A DNA stretch of 50,022 nucleotides from NCBI GenBank assembly GCA_051003195.1, contig JBPCLP010000029.1:1-50022 (forward strand), written 5' to 3'. The position numbers and the translations under genes were made by a program. Origin of the DNA: Candidatus Sumerlaeaceae bacterium (lineage in GTDB: Bacteria; Sumerlaeota; Sumerlaeia; Sumerlaeales; Sumerlaeaceae). How positions within the stretch are numbered: the first letter of the stretch is position 1; each line of letters starts with the position of its first letter. The notes beneath the pieces were generated by a model. It was not told the DNA's origin and made no database searches. It saw only the letters and a list, made by a program, of their open reading frames with translations. Positions 1 to 9,481 of this stretch are shown one piece after another.

Positions 1-198
1 GGCACAGAGACACAGAGTATGCACCGAGTTGCTTATTGTGCATAACGTGGTAAGAACCCTTACAAATTGCAGAAGTGTTTTCCTCTGTGAAAGCTCTGAG
101 TCTCTGTGCCTCTGTGGTAAGGGGCGGGCTAAGTGCCTTCTGTGAGAAGTTTGATCGTCGAGCGTGCGAAGGGTCAGTGCCTCCGCGTCGCGGCAACT
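1..198. repeat. Left copy of ~198 bp repeat (inverted relative to 49812-50009), containing a CACAGAG-periodic palindrome; REP/MITE-like
   Basis: 1-198 is the reverse complement of 49812-50009 with mismatches only at 99, 124 and 176. Internal arms GGCACAGAGACACAGAG (1-17) and CTCTGAGTCTCTGTGCCTCTGTGGTAA (94-120). Confidence 0.95.
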
Positions 199-309
199 TA
201 ACCCTTCCCGCAACCCGATCTTTTTCTCGAAGTATCGCTGACGCTAGCAAATTAATTAGTGAAAACGTCAACCGTCCCCGTTATTCGTCTGTTGCCGGTG
301 CTGCTCAGC
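196..309 (-). other. Degenerate attC-like (integron cassette recombination site-like) hairpin
   Basis: On the minus strand: GCTGAGC-5nt-CGGCAAC ... GTTGCG-6nt-GTTAAGT, with attC-like spacing and an inner TGACG/CGTCA stem. The R'' box has AGC instead of AAC. Confidence 0.25.
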
Positions 310-451
310 GCCTACAGCCTGGAATAATTCGAACGCAGTTCCTGTGGAGTGCACCCCTCTTTGGTCCAGGTGATATGTTAGTCTGACCGGGTTCATCTGG
401 GTTTGTTTCTATTTCTAAACCGTCGTAGTAGCTGTGGAACTGTGAGCAATC

Positions 452-476
452 GTCACCGAATTTGGTCACCGAATTT
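452..476. repeat. 12 bp direct repeat GTCACCGAATTT x2
   Basis: Exact copies at 452-463 and 465-476, just past the S8 gene stop codon. Confidence 0.7.
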
Positions 477-480
477 CAAA

Positions 481-3400
481 TTAGTGTAGCTGCCAATCCT
501 CTATCTTGGCAGGAGGCGGCTGAGGAATCGCCTGGGTCCGTGCGGCGTTGCGGCAAAACGTTGGCCACCACATGGAACTTGCGTTAAAAGCCACCGGCAG
601 TTCCCATGCATAGATACTGTTGCGCAGTTTGTCTTGCGAGCTGCTACGACTGCTGCCATATCCGACTTCGGCTACTACTCCCGCGACGATATCGAGAAGC
701 CCGTTACCATCCAGGTCCGTTAGAACAGGCGGGCACTTCCAATTGGAGATGTGGTTCGTGTCCTCGAAAAAGAGCGCATCGATTCCCGCGAGCGAATTGA
801 GGTCAATCGGCGTGCCATTGTATTGCCATGCCTGGATGCCACGCGATGTGCTGAAACTACCTGCACTTACCACAGAGGAGCGTATGCCGCCAGAGGAGAC
901 GACCAGGTCCGGCACGCCATCGCCGGTTATATCTCCCACTATGGGCCCACGGAACATCACGGTCGTCAGGCTTTTTGGCCAGCCTGCGGCTGCAACTCCA
1001 GAATGGTGATAAACAAAAAGTTTGCCGGTGTTCGAAAAAGCGATTTCGAGGTCGCCATCCCCATCAAAATCGGCCAGTGCTGCCGGGTTGAACTGCAGCG
1101 GGTTACTATTGCCTGCCTGCACTGGCCAGCCAGGCAAGTCGGCACCCAGGCGGCTCAGCAGGTGTACGCCACTGCTGACGCTGTTGGGATATTCAAAACC
1201 AGATACCGCAACTTCGTCAAAGCCGTCGTGGTCGACATCGCCCGCGGAAAGGCCATAGATATAAGTGCTGCCAGTAGTAAATGGCCAGCCCGGCAGAATG
1301 GTCCCATCCATGTTGAAAATTGCTACTTTACCAGCGCCGTAATTAGTACATATCTCGAGGTCCGGGTCGCTGTCGAATTGTCCAACGCATGCAAAGGATG
1401 GCGGCTGTTGCCCATAGATTTCGTTGTCCAGATCGATTCGCCGGATTGTGGCGCCGCCTGGAGATAAGAGCATCAACTCGCGCTTTGTGTAGCCGCTGCC
1501 GATCGAGGGACTTGAGCAGACGGCGATGAACTCTTTCGTGCCATCATGGTTGAGGTCTGCCACGGTGCACTGGCCGTTCCATGTGTCCACAGTGGCAGGC
1601 CAACCGGGCAGGTTTGTCCCGTTGTATTGCACTGCGTACATCAATGATTGACCGCCAAAGTGCAGGAAGACTTCCTTTTTTCCATCCCCATTAATATCGG
1701 CGATGCACGGGATGCTGGGGTATCCAAAACTGTCGAATGGCGTGTAGGACCAGTTGAGCTGACCGGAAGGTGAATAGCAGCACAATCGCATAAAGAGGTT
1801 TAGCGGTTCCGACTGAATGGTGACGAGTTCCTTCTGCCCATCGCCATCGAGGTCATCGACAGCCACGTCCTGGAAATCGGCGTGCCAGATCGATTTGCCT
1901 ATTCGTGGCAGCCGCACCGGGAATCCGGCGCGCAGCCGCGGATCCAAGTAGAACATTTCAGCGTATTCGGTATGCGACGTGCCATCGGCGGTTGCGATCG
2001 TGAAGCGCAGGTTAGAAAAGGTTGTAGTCGTGATTGAGGACGTGTTCCACGTGGCCCATAAGTCACCGGAACCGCTTTGCATTGCGATTCCGGACGTAGT
2101 CCAGCTTACCGGGTTGTAACCTTCGCCGTGTTCGATGGTTAAGTTATTTAAGGGCGTGCGGATACTTGCTTTGATCTGCATTGAGTTTGTCGGCCGCACC
2201 ACATCGTTGTTTGCTGGACTTAAGGTCTTGAAATTCTCCACATCGATGAGCTGCTGGTCCTCGACCCAGCGACCAGCCGCGTTGTAAGCGGCGATGCGTA
2301 TACTGTGCAGTCCTTTCCACAGAGGTGCGGTGTTCAGGTTGCCTAATATGCCGTTATTTACGGCAGTGGTGCTGCTCGTCACCACCGTCCATGTCGTTGC
2401 TGCAACGCTCACGCCATAGCTGATGTCATAACGTTGAAGAGGGCCGCCAGAGGCAGTGCCATCAACTGGGATCACGCCTCCCGTTCGGGTCACGTCGAAG
2501 CGGTAGGGGAGGATCTTAAGGTCGGCCACCGGCGGAGGCGAGTTCACCGCTGCCGTTCCGGCGGCGTTCGCCCGGCCTTGACCAATATACTTGTCAGGGG
2601 CAATCTGGTCAGTGGGCATTTTCATGGCGCTGCGAAGCTGGTCGAGGGTGAATGTCGGATTGCGCAGGACTGCGAGCCCGGCGACGCCAGCCGCATAGGG
2701 GCACGCCATCGAGGTGCCGGAAAGTACAGTTGTCCAGGTGGTCTGCACGGCTCCTCTCGATGTGCCCGCTGCGCGAAGCGAGAGGATGTCCACTCCCGGC
2801 GCCGCGACATCCAGAAACCAGCCATAGTTGGAAAACGGCGCGCGCTGGTCGAGCGAGTTGCTGGCGCCAATCGCGAGGACTGTATCGTAAAGTGCGGGAT
2901 ACAGCAAGCCATCCTGGTTGTCATTGCCGGCCGCCGCAAGTACCAAAACACCCTGGCTTTCGGCGTAGGCAATTGCATTGGCCACCGAGGAGTCGTTCGA
3001 GTACGCCCCCCAGCTTAGCGAGACTACATCGGCGCCCTTGTTTACGGCGTACTGGATTGCCGTTGCAGCATCGTAAGTGCTGCCGTTGCCATCGGAAGCG
3101 AAGCTTTTGACTGCCATGATCTTCGCGCGCCAGAGCACGCCCGTAATATCCAGACCGTTGTTTCCTTCGGCGGCGATAATGCCGGCGCAATGAGTTCCAT
3201 GCCCGTTCTGATCCATTGGATCATTGTCCGGCACTTGCAGGTAATTTGTAAAATCATAACCGCGGATGTCATCGACATAGCCATTGTTGTCATCGTCAAC
3301 TCCCGGCGCGCCTGATGCCTCTGCCTGGTTGGTCCACATGTTGTTCACCAGGTCGCGGTGGTTGTAGTCGACGCCGGTGTCGATGACTGCAATCTGTAGC

Positions 3401-4098
3401 GCGCCGCTTCCAGTGGTGATGTCCCAAGCTTCGGGCGCATCGATATCGGAGTCGATTGCGCCAGGTGGGGCGTTGTAGGATCCGCTGAAAGGATAGGCCT
3501 GTCCTGAATTGTGCAATGCCCATTGCTGAGGAAACTGAGGGTCATTCGGCACCGTCGACTGGATTTTCGCAAGCGCGCCCAGCTCCGCATATTCGACCTC
3601 GGGAAGACTGCGATAGGCTTCCAGTGCCCGTATGAGGGCCGCGTCGTCACCGGCGATCGTAATCCGGAATACTCGATTCAGTGCCGGCGTGGTAGCCCCT
3701 GCCGGCGCCCGGTTGAGACGCTCTTTCAGGTGTTTTTCTGCGGGTGTGAACGCGGCCATGTCCTTGTTGTGGATGCTGTTGAGCCGTGCAAGTTGCTGCT
3801 CATGCTTTGGAAAGACGGCCTGGATGCCTTTGACGCCATACTGCGCGTTGAGAGCTTGCAGACGCTGCGGCAGCGCAGAGAGCGCCTCATGGGTCTTTCC
3901 AGCTTCCAGCGCATTTTGAATTTTGCGGCTGGCGGTGTCATCGCGCAGTTTCAGGACAATAATCCCTGGTACATGTGCCGGCAAAGTGCTTGTTGTTGTC
4001 GACTGCGAGTATTGCAGCGCCGAATGGCTTACCTGACCAACACAATGCGCGCTCAACAGGCACAGCAGAACAGCCAGTAGTGTGGTCGTTTTCGGCAT
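481..4098 (-). CDS. Secreted S8 (subtilisin-family) serine peptidase with C-terminal FG-GAP/VCBS-type repeats
   Basis: Signal peptide, prodomain and catalytic motifs IDTG, HGTHCAG, AAAGN, GTSMA. Many DxDGDG and LPGWP repeats. GAGGTG RBS favours ATG at 4098 (ORF is open to 4125). Confidence 0.93.
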   Translation of the reverse strand: MPKTTTLLAVLLCLLSAHCVGQVSHSALQYSQSTTTSTLPAHVPGIIVLKLRDDTASRKIQNALEAGKTHEALSALPQRLQALNAQYGVKGIQAVFPKHEQQLARLNSIHNKDMAAFTPAEKHLKERLNRAPAGATTPALNRVFRITIAGDDAALIRALEAYRSLPEVEYAELGALAKIQSTVPNDPQFPQQWALHNSGQAYPFSGSYNAPPGAIDSDIDAPEAWDITTGSGALQIAVIDTGVDYNHRDLVNNMWTNQAEASGAPGVDDDNNGYVDDIRGYDFTNYLQVPDNDPMDQNGHGTHCAGIIAAEGNNGLDITGVLWRAKIMAVKSFASDGNGSTYDAATAIQYAVNKGADVVSLSWGAYSNDSSVANAIAYAESQGVLVLAAAGNDNQDGLLYPALYDTVLAIGASNSLDQRAPFSNYGWFLDVAAPGVDILSLRAAGTSRGAVQTTWTTVLSGTSMACPYAAGVAGLAVLRNPTFTLDQLRSAMKMPTDQIAPDKYIGQGRANAAGTAAVNSPPPVADLKILPYRFDVTRTGGVIPVDGTASGGPLQRYDISYGVSVAATTWTVVTSSTTAVNNGILGNLNTAPLWKGLHSIRIAAYNAAGRWVEDQQLIDVENFKTLSPANNDVVRPTNSMQIKASIRTPLNNLTIEHGEGYNPVSWTTSGIAMQSGSGDLWATWNTSSITTTTFSNLRFTIATADGTSHTEYAEMFYLDPRLRAGFPVRLPRIGKSIWHADFQDVAVDDLDGDGQKELVTIQSEPLNLFMRLCCYSPSGQLNWSYTPFDSFGYPSIPCIADINGDGKKEVFLHFGGQSLMYAVQYNGTNLPGWPATVDTWNGQCTVADLNHDGTKEFIAVCSSPSIGSGYTKRELMLLSPGGATIRRIDLDNEIYGQQPPSFACVGQFDSDPDLEICTNYGAGKVAIFNMDGTILPGWPFTTGSTYIYGLSAGDVDHDGFDEVAVSGFEYPNSVSSGVHLLSRLGADLPGWPVQAGNSNPLQFNPAALADFDGDGDLEIAFSNTGKLFVYHHSGVAAAGWPKSLTTVMFRGPIVGDITGDGVPDLVVSSGGIRSSVVSAGSFSTSRGIQAWQYNGTPIDLNSLAGIDALFFEDTNHISNWKCPPVLTDLDGNGLLDIVAGVVAEVGYGSSRSSSQDKLRNSIYAWELPVAFNASSMWWPTFCRNAARTQAIPQPPPAKIEDWQLH

Positions 4099-4226
4099 AC
4101 ACATCACCTCATTTACATTGTCCATGATGAGCTTTCTTTTGCAGGCAGTGAAAACATCGGAAAGCGGCAGAGCACATCTAGAAAATTGGGGGCGTCCATG
4201 ATAAGGAAAACAGGGACGTGTAAATT

Positions 4227-5417
4227 TTATTTTGCATAGTGTGGGGCGCTTTTAGTTGCTTCGGTCGAAGCATTCGTTGACGCGGGGACCAGTCGCAAAA
4301 TTTGATCGTAGCCCGGGCCGCCTCTTGCGCTTTCCGGCGGATCGTACATGGACGTCGAGACGTAGATAGAGCCGTCTGGCGCCTCCACCACCTCGCGCAT
4401 TCTCCCATGTTTCTTGTGGAGCAGCCACTGCTGCGCGACAACTTTGCTGCCGTCCATGGTAAGGTCCAGAATTCCCTCTCCGCGCAAACATCCTACGAGG
4501 AAATGGCCGCGCAGATCGGGAAATGCGGTTCCCCGGTAAAACATTCCACTGGCGGGAGCTATCGACGGCGTATATTCCAAAAGTGGCGACTGCATGCCTT
4601 CCCGCGTGGGCATGCGGTGGTGCAATATGGGCCACCCATAGTTCTTTCCCGGCTCGATCACATTGATTTCATCGCCGCCGTCGGGGCCATGTTCCGATTC
4701 GAACAACGTGTTAGTCCCTGGTTGCCAGTCCAAGCCCTGGGGGTTGCGATGCCCGTAGCTCCAGATTTCAGGACGTTTTCCTTCCTGGCCCGCAAACGGG
4801 TTATCTGATGGAATGGTTCCGTCCTCATTCAGCCGCAGTATTTTCCCAGCGAGCGAGTCGAGCTGTTGCGCGAGTTCTGGCTTGTTGGCATCACCCGTGG
4901 TCACGTAAAGCTTCGCATCCGGCCCAAAGCGGATGCGGCAGCCGGCGTGATTGGTATAAGCCGGGATATTTTCGATAATCGTGGTACCCTGGTCGAGCGC
5001 CGTGCCGGTTTCGTGATAGCGTGCTACGCGTACGCGCTCTCCCTCACTTGAGCGATAAGCGTAGGAAAGATAGAGCAGGTGGTTGTCAGGAAAACGCGGG
5101 TGCAGCACCATTCCCATGAGCCCGAGCTTCACGTTCACCAGCACATCGGGCACGGTAAACAGCGGCGTTTCCTTCAGCTTGCCGTCCTGTAGAACACGAA
5201 CCCGGCCCGGGCGCTCCGTGAAGAACAGGCGCCCATCCGGCGCGAAAGTCATCGCCCACGGTACACGCACGTCGGACGCGACTACCTGAACTGAGAAGTT
5301 AGCCGGGGCTTCACAGATAGTTGTGGTCGTGTCCGCTGATGCCGGGCGGCCCTGGGCAAAACCCATCGCGGGCCCGGCGGCAAGAAAACAGAGCGCAAGT
5401 CGCGTTAGAAGTTTCAT
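4227..5417 (-). CDS. PQQ-dependent glucose/sorbosone (aldose sugar) dehydrogenase family protein
   Basis: Signal peptide and motifs PWAMTFAPDGRLFFTERPG, HAGCRIRFGPD, GKILR, YGHRNPQG, EHGP, DEIN, NYGWP. Confidence 0.92.
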   Translation of the reverse strand: MKLLTRLALCFLAAGPAMGFAQGRPASADTTTTICEAPANFSVQVVASDVRVPWAMTFAPDGRLFFTERPGRVRVLQDGKLKETPLFTVPDVLVNVKLGLMGMVLHPRFPDNHLLYLSYAYRSSEGERVRVARYHETGTALDQGTTIIENIPAYTNHAGCRIRFGPDAKLYVTTGDANKPELAQQLDSLAGKILRLNEDGTIPSDNPFAGQEGKRPEIWSYGHRNPQGLDWQPGTNTLFESEHGPDGGDEINVIEPGKNYGWPILHHRMPTREGMQSPLLEYTPSIAPASGMFYRGTAFPDLRGHFLVGCLRGEGILDLTMDGSKVVAQQWLLHKKHGRMREVVEAPDGSIYVSTSMYDPPESARGGPGYDQILRLVPASTNASTEATKSAPHYAK

Positions 5418-5596
5418 GGCTGCTTCTCAAGTGTCGTATGCGAGACCGCAACACAAACCTCGGGTCCGCGCGGCGTATGCTTCAAAATGATTGCCCCGAG
5501 TGGAACGCGGCTCCATTCATTCCGCCTTAAATGACGGGGCAAACAAAAGACCCGAATCTACTTTCGATTTTTCAACTACCTGCAAAGGACTGGCGC

Positions 5597-6391
5597 ATGA
5601 AGATTGCCATGGGACAGATGCTCGTTACAGGCGGCGAAGTTGAGGGCAATTTGATGCGTGGCGTGGCAATGATCGCCGACGCGGCTGCGCAAGGATGTCA
5701 TGTTGTCGTGTTGCCTGAGTGCATGGATTTTGGTTGGACGCACAGCAGTGCGCGCAACGGAGCGCAGGAGATTCCGGGACCTATTTCCATGCGGCTGTGC
5801 AGTGCCGCGCACGCGCATCGAATCTACGTTGTCGCGGGCCTGACCGAGCGGTCCGGCGAACATCTTCACAACACCTCGATTCTCATTTCCCCCACAGGTG
5901 AAATACTTCTCAAGCACCGGAAAATTGGCGAGCTGCCATTTGCCCGGCAACAGTATGACATCGGCGAAGTTCTCGCAGTGGCACAAACGCCGCTCGGCTG
6001 TGTTGCTACCCCGATTTGCGCCGATCTGCTGCCGGAATCGATCGCGCTCGGTCATGCCGTGGGACACATGGGAGCGCAATTGATTTTCTCGCCCTGCGCC
6101 TGGGCCGTGGACGCCGGACATGACAACCGCGCTGAACCTTACGGAGAAAACTGGCGCATGTCGTACGGCGAGCTTGCACGCAAATGGAACATGACCGTGG
6201 TCGGTGTCAGCAACGTGGGCTGGATTACCGATGGCGAATGGAAGGGGCGCAAGTGCATCGGCTGCTCGCTGGCCGTCGGAGAGGGCGGACGGGTCGTCGC
6301 TCAAGGACCCTATGGCGATAGCGCAGAAGCGCTTGTAACATTTGAGATTCCGGGGACTCCTCCATTTCCCGCTTCCCTTTCCCATACGTGA
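5597..6391 (+). CDS. Carbon-nitrogen hydrolase (nitrilase superfamily)
   Basis: E-K-C triad motifs LPEC, KHRK, ICAD. AAGGA RBS before ATG 5597 (ORF is open from 5531). Confidence 0.88.
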   Translation: MKIAMGQMLVTGGEVEGNLMRGVAMIADAAAQGCHVVVLPECMDFGWTHSSARNGAQEIPGPISMRLCSAAHAHRIYVVAGLTERSGEHLHNTSILISPTGEILLKHRKIGELPFARQQYDIGEVLAVAQTPLGCVATPICADLLPESIALGHAVGHMGAQLIFSPCAWAVDAGHDNRAEPYGENWRMSYGELARKWNMTVVGVSNVGWITDGEWKGRKCIGCSLAVGEGGRVVAQGPYGDSAEALVTFEIPGTPPFPASLSHT

Positions 6392-6495
6392 AGCGGGTGC
6401 TTCCAGTCGGCATCAGGATGACTAATCTTTCCGTGTTAAAAAATGGAAAAGCAAAAGCGATCCGACTATTGGGAGATGTATTGGGAGATCTGGGG

Positions 6496-7383
6496 TCACA
6501 ACGACATAAGATATAGCGCTACCAAAGCAGCAATCAGCCCGGTTGTGCTTACTCCATTCGGAACCACGCGGTATAAAGCCAGCGATAACACGATGGTTAT
6601 TACCGGCGCAAGCGACGTCATGGGAACTACGATAATGGCTTTTCCGTGTCTGATCGCGTACACGAAGAAAAGTGCGCCTATGGAATTGAGCATCTGAATT
6701 GCGATTGCCGCCACAAACCCGCCTGCTGCCCAGTTGATCGGTCGCGAAAAATCCGTCATGAGCAACGCTACTGGAATTAACACCAAAGCTCCAACCGCCA
6801 TATAAAAGAACAGGCTTTCCGGTTCCATGCGCGCGCTTGCAAACTTCTGCACATAACCTTGGAGTCCCCACATTACAAAAACAAGTGCAGCATATCCAAC
6901 CCATAGAAGCTGCGTAGTGCCCGACGCTGACGGTGGCTGGTAGGCAAGGAGTGGAATAGCAACAATGGCCAATACAATCCCGGCCCAGGTGCGAGGTGCG
7001 GCCTTCTCCCGCAACAGCGTCGCGGCCAGTATGATTGTTAGAACCGGATAAAGTGAAACTACTGGAAAGACAAGGTAGGCAGGTCCGCTTTTGAGAGTTT
7101 CAAACAGCAGCAGCTGACCGCCCGCTCCAAGAAGTCCGGCAGTGCTGCCAAGCAGTATTGTACGAGGATCTCTTTCGAGACGCCATCCAATCAGCATCAA
7201 GGCAACAATCGCACATGGCACCATCGTCAACGCCCAGACAGCATAGCCAAGCGTAGTTGGAAACCCGGCTTTTCCCGGCAGCTCAATCAGTGCGCCCCAT
7301 ACTCCCCAGGTAAGAGTCGTTATAAGAGCAAACAGAAGCCAGGGCTTTTTCAATGTTGCTAAGTGATTGCTGACATCCGGCAT
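6496..7383 (-). CDS. DMT/EamA family transporter
   Basis: About 10 hydrophobic segments in two repeats with TWGVWG/MWGLQG and LxPV...L.E motifs. Last gene of the sugar operon. Confidence 0.88.
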   Translation of the reverse strand: MPDVSNHLATLKKPWLLFALITTLTWGVWGALIELPGKAGFPTTLGYAVWALTMVPCAIVALMLIGWRLERDPRTILLGSTAGLLGAGGQLLLFETLKSGPAYLVFPVVSLYPVLTIILAATLLREKAAPRTWAGIVLAIVAIPLLAYQPPSASGTTQLLWVGYAALVFVMWGLQGYVQKFASARMEPESLFFYMAVGALVLIPVALLMTDFSRPINWAAGGFVAAIAIQMLNSIGALFFVYAIRHGKAIIVVPMTSLAPVITIVLSLALYRVVPNGVSTTGLIAALVALYLMSL

Positions 7384-7421
7384 GGGGTCTCCTTTAAGTC
7401 TTTGAAGTTAATATTCGGGCG

Positions 7422-8618
7422 TTACGCCTCGTAAATTCGGACTCCGGAAACGACCCGATTAATGACTCCTGATGCATTGGGCGAATCGGGACGCAGACCA
7501 AGGTTCAGGCTCTTGAACATGGCAAGTAACTGGCCCACGACAATATCGCATGCCGGACGGAAAGAATCGGGCAGCGTTCCCGAGCCAACCTGCCAGCGGA
7601 CGTGGACAGAATCGCTGGCCAACGAATCAACAGCCGGTTTCGCGGAAACAGTAAGCATGCTGCCGTGCTTTGCTTCGGAAACCAGTTCGGCTATCAAATC
7701 ACGTTCGTATTGCCACACCCGTTCATCGGATGAGACAAAGCATACCAGTAGAGTTTGGGGAGTAAGAAACACCTTCGGCCCATGCCGAAAGGCGAGAAAA
7801 GAATCTGACCAGGTAGCAATTCTTCCATCAGTCAGTTCAGTCATCTTGAGCGCCGCTTCTCGTGCGCAACCAAGCAATGGACCCGAACCAAGAAATGCAA
7901 CCCGGTTCCATGGCCGCGCGGCAATCTGCGACACAACCGCTGAATTCTCCATCAGAGTGTTCACTGCGATCCCCGCTGCGGCTACTGTTTTCACGAATTC
8001 ATCCAGGCGCTGAAGATGGGCAAGACCCAGCGCGGCAATCATCATCCCGGTAAATGAACTGGTCATAGCCAGACCGCGGTCGTTGGTTTCCGGTGGCAGG
8101 ATTAAAGCCATCGAACTGGAATCCGTTTCCGCGGCTTGCGCCAGTGCCCCCTGCGCATTGCAGGTGATCGCCAGATGGCTGGATTGTGGCATGCGTGCCT
8201 TCATCATCCGGTACATTGCCATAGTTTCCGGCGAATTCCCGCTTCGCGCAAAATGCACAACAAGGTAATCTCTGCCGTGCACCATCAGGCTGTCCAGGTG
8301 CGTAACGCAATCTGTGCTGGCACGCGTATCAACCTCGCACCCAAGCGCCTCGCGCAGAGCGCCCTCGACACATCGCCCGATATACTCGCTGGTTCCCGCG
8401 CCGGACAGGATAACTTTTGCCGCGGGATTTCCAGGGACGCCGGCTTTCAGGAGCAACTCCTGCAGATGAGCGCGCTTTTCGACGACCAGATTGGCAATGC
8501 GGTTCCAGCAGGCCGGCTGATGGGCAATTTCGCGGGCGGTATGCGTAACGCCCAATTCCTCAAGTCCGGCAGGAGAAAGGCTGACGAGAGTTTTCATATC
8601 CAGCGCCGAAGTTGTCAT
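7422..8618 (-). CDS. agaS: SIS-domain sugar-phosphate isomerase/deaminase, AgaS-like
   Basis: TAREIAHQP, GAGTSEY, FARSGNSPE, PPETNDRGLAMTSSF, EAALKMTELT, FRHGPK and INRVVSGVRIY are AgaS-type motifs. Confidence 0.82.
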   Translation of the reverse strand: MTTSALDMKTLVSLSPAGLEELGVTHTAREIAHQPACWNRIANLVVEKRAHLQELLLKAGVPGNPAAKVILSGAGTSEYIGRCVEGALREALGCEVDTRASTDCVTHLDSLMVHGRDYLVVHFARSGNSPETMAMYRMMKARMPQSSHLAITCNAQGALAQAAETDSSSMALILPPETNDRGLAMTSSFTGMMIAALGLAHLQRLDEFVKTVAAAGIAVNTLMENSAVVSQIAARPWNRVAFLGSGPLLGCAREAALKMTELTDGRIATWSDSFLAFRHGPKVFLTPQTLLVCFVSSDERVWQYERDLIAELVSEAKHGSMLTVSAKPAVDSLASDSVHVRWQVGSGTLPDSFRPACDIVVGQLLAMFKSLNLGLRPDSPNASGVINRVVSGVRIYEA

Positions 8619-9481
8619 GCGGGCACGGACACCATGCCCAATCCGTCATGCTCCATATTGCAGATGCGAATCTTTCCCTTAACCAGTGTGGTAACCTGTT
8701 CCATTGCCGGAGGGAAAAGCTTCCTGAGATCTATGCTGTCGCTCGCTGCGAGTTCTGCTTTAATCTGCCTGATGAATGTATCCTTAATTTCGCTGGCGAA
8801 GTTTACTTTCACTACACCGCGCTGAATCACTGACTGCCATGCCTGAGCGGACAGTCCGGAACCGCCGTGCAGCACGAGCGGCGTTGGAGTGGCCGAATGA
8901 ATTGCGTCGAGGCGCTCAAGATCCAGAGCAGGTTCCGCACTGAACAAGCCGTGGCGCGTGCCTATGGATACCGCCAACAGATCAACCTGCGTTTCCGTTG
9001 CAAATCGCGTGGCCTCTTCCGGGCAGGTAAGGCCGGTCGTGGTCAGTTCCGGCTGTCCCAGTTTGGGTACATATCCCAGCTCTGCTTCGACCGCTACACC
9101 AACGTCGTGAGCCATGCGCACAACGGACTTTGTAACCCTGATATTTTCTTCCAGGTCCGCCTCGCTGGCATCAATCATTACCGAATCAAAACCAGCGTGG
9201 ATGCATTGGCCGATCAGATCGACGTCGCACGCATGGTCAAGATGCAGCCATGCTGTCACGCCGGCCTGTTGCGCGGCGGCGCGCGCCATGGATGCGGCCA
9301 GGCCGACACCCAGATAATCGAGAGTCGAAGGCGACGCCTGCAAAATGATTTCAGCGCCCGTCTGCTTTGCAGCTGCAATAATGGCCATCAGCGTTTCGCT
9401 GTTATAAAAGTTCGTCGCCAGCAGGGCAGAGCCTGCTGATCGACGCGCTTGTACGGACTCCATGAACTTTGTTATAACCAT
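8615..9481 (-). CDS. Class II ketose-bisphosphate aldolase (fructose/tagatose-1,6-bisphosphate aldolase family)
   Basis: HLDH, GFDSVMIDAS, VEAELG, LAVSIGT.HG, LVLHGGSG, KVN motifs. 4 bp overlap with agaS. Confidence 0.9.
   Translation of the reverse strand: MVITKFMESVQARRSAGSALLATNFYNSETLMAIIAAAKQTGAEIILQASPSTLDYLGVGLAASMARAAAQQAGVTAWLHLDHACDVDLIGQCIHAGFDSVMIDASEADLEENIRVTKSVVRMAHDVGVAVEAELGYVPKLGQPELTTTGLTCPEEATRFATETQVDLLAVSIGTRHGLFSAEPALDLERLDAIHSATPTPLVLHGGSGLSAQAWQSVIQRGVVKVNFASEIKDTFIRQIKAELAASDSIDLRKLFPPAMEQVTTLVKGKIRICNMEHDGLGMVSVPA

Noticed and set aside
75..386. ORF 75-386 and its twin 49720-49935 sharing an N-terminus
   Set aside because: The similarity comes only from the terminal repeat DNA; no protein-like features.
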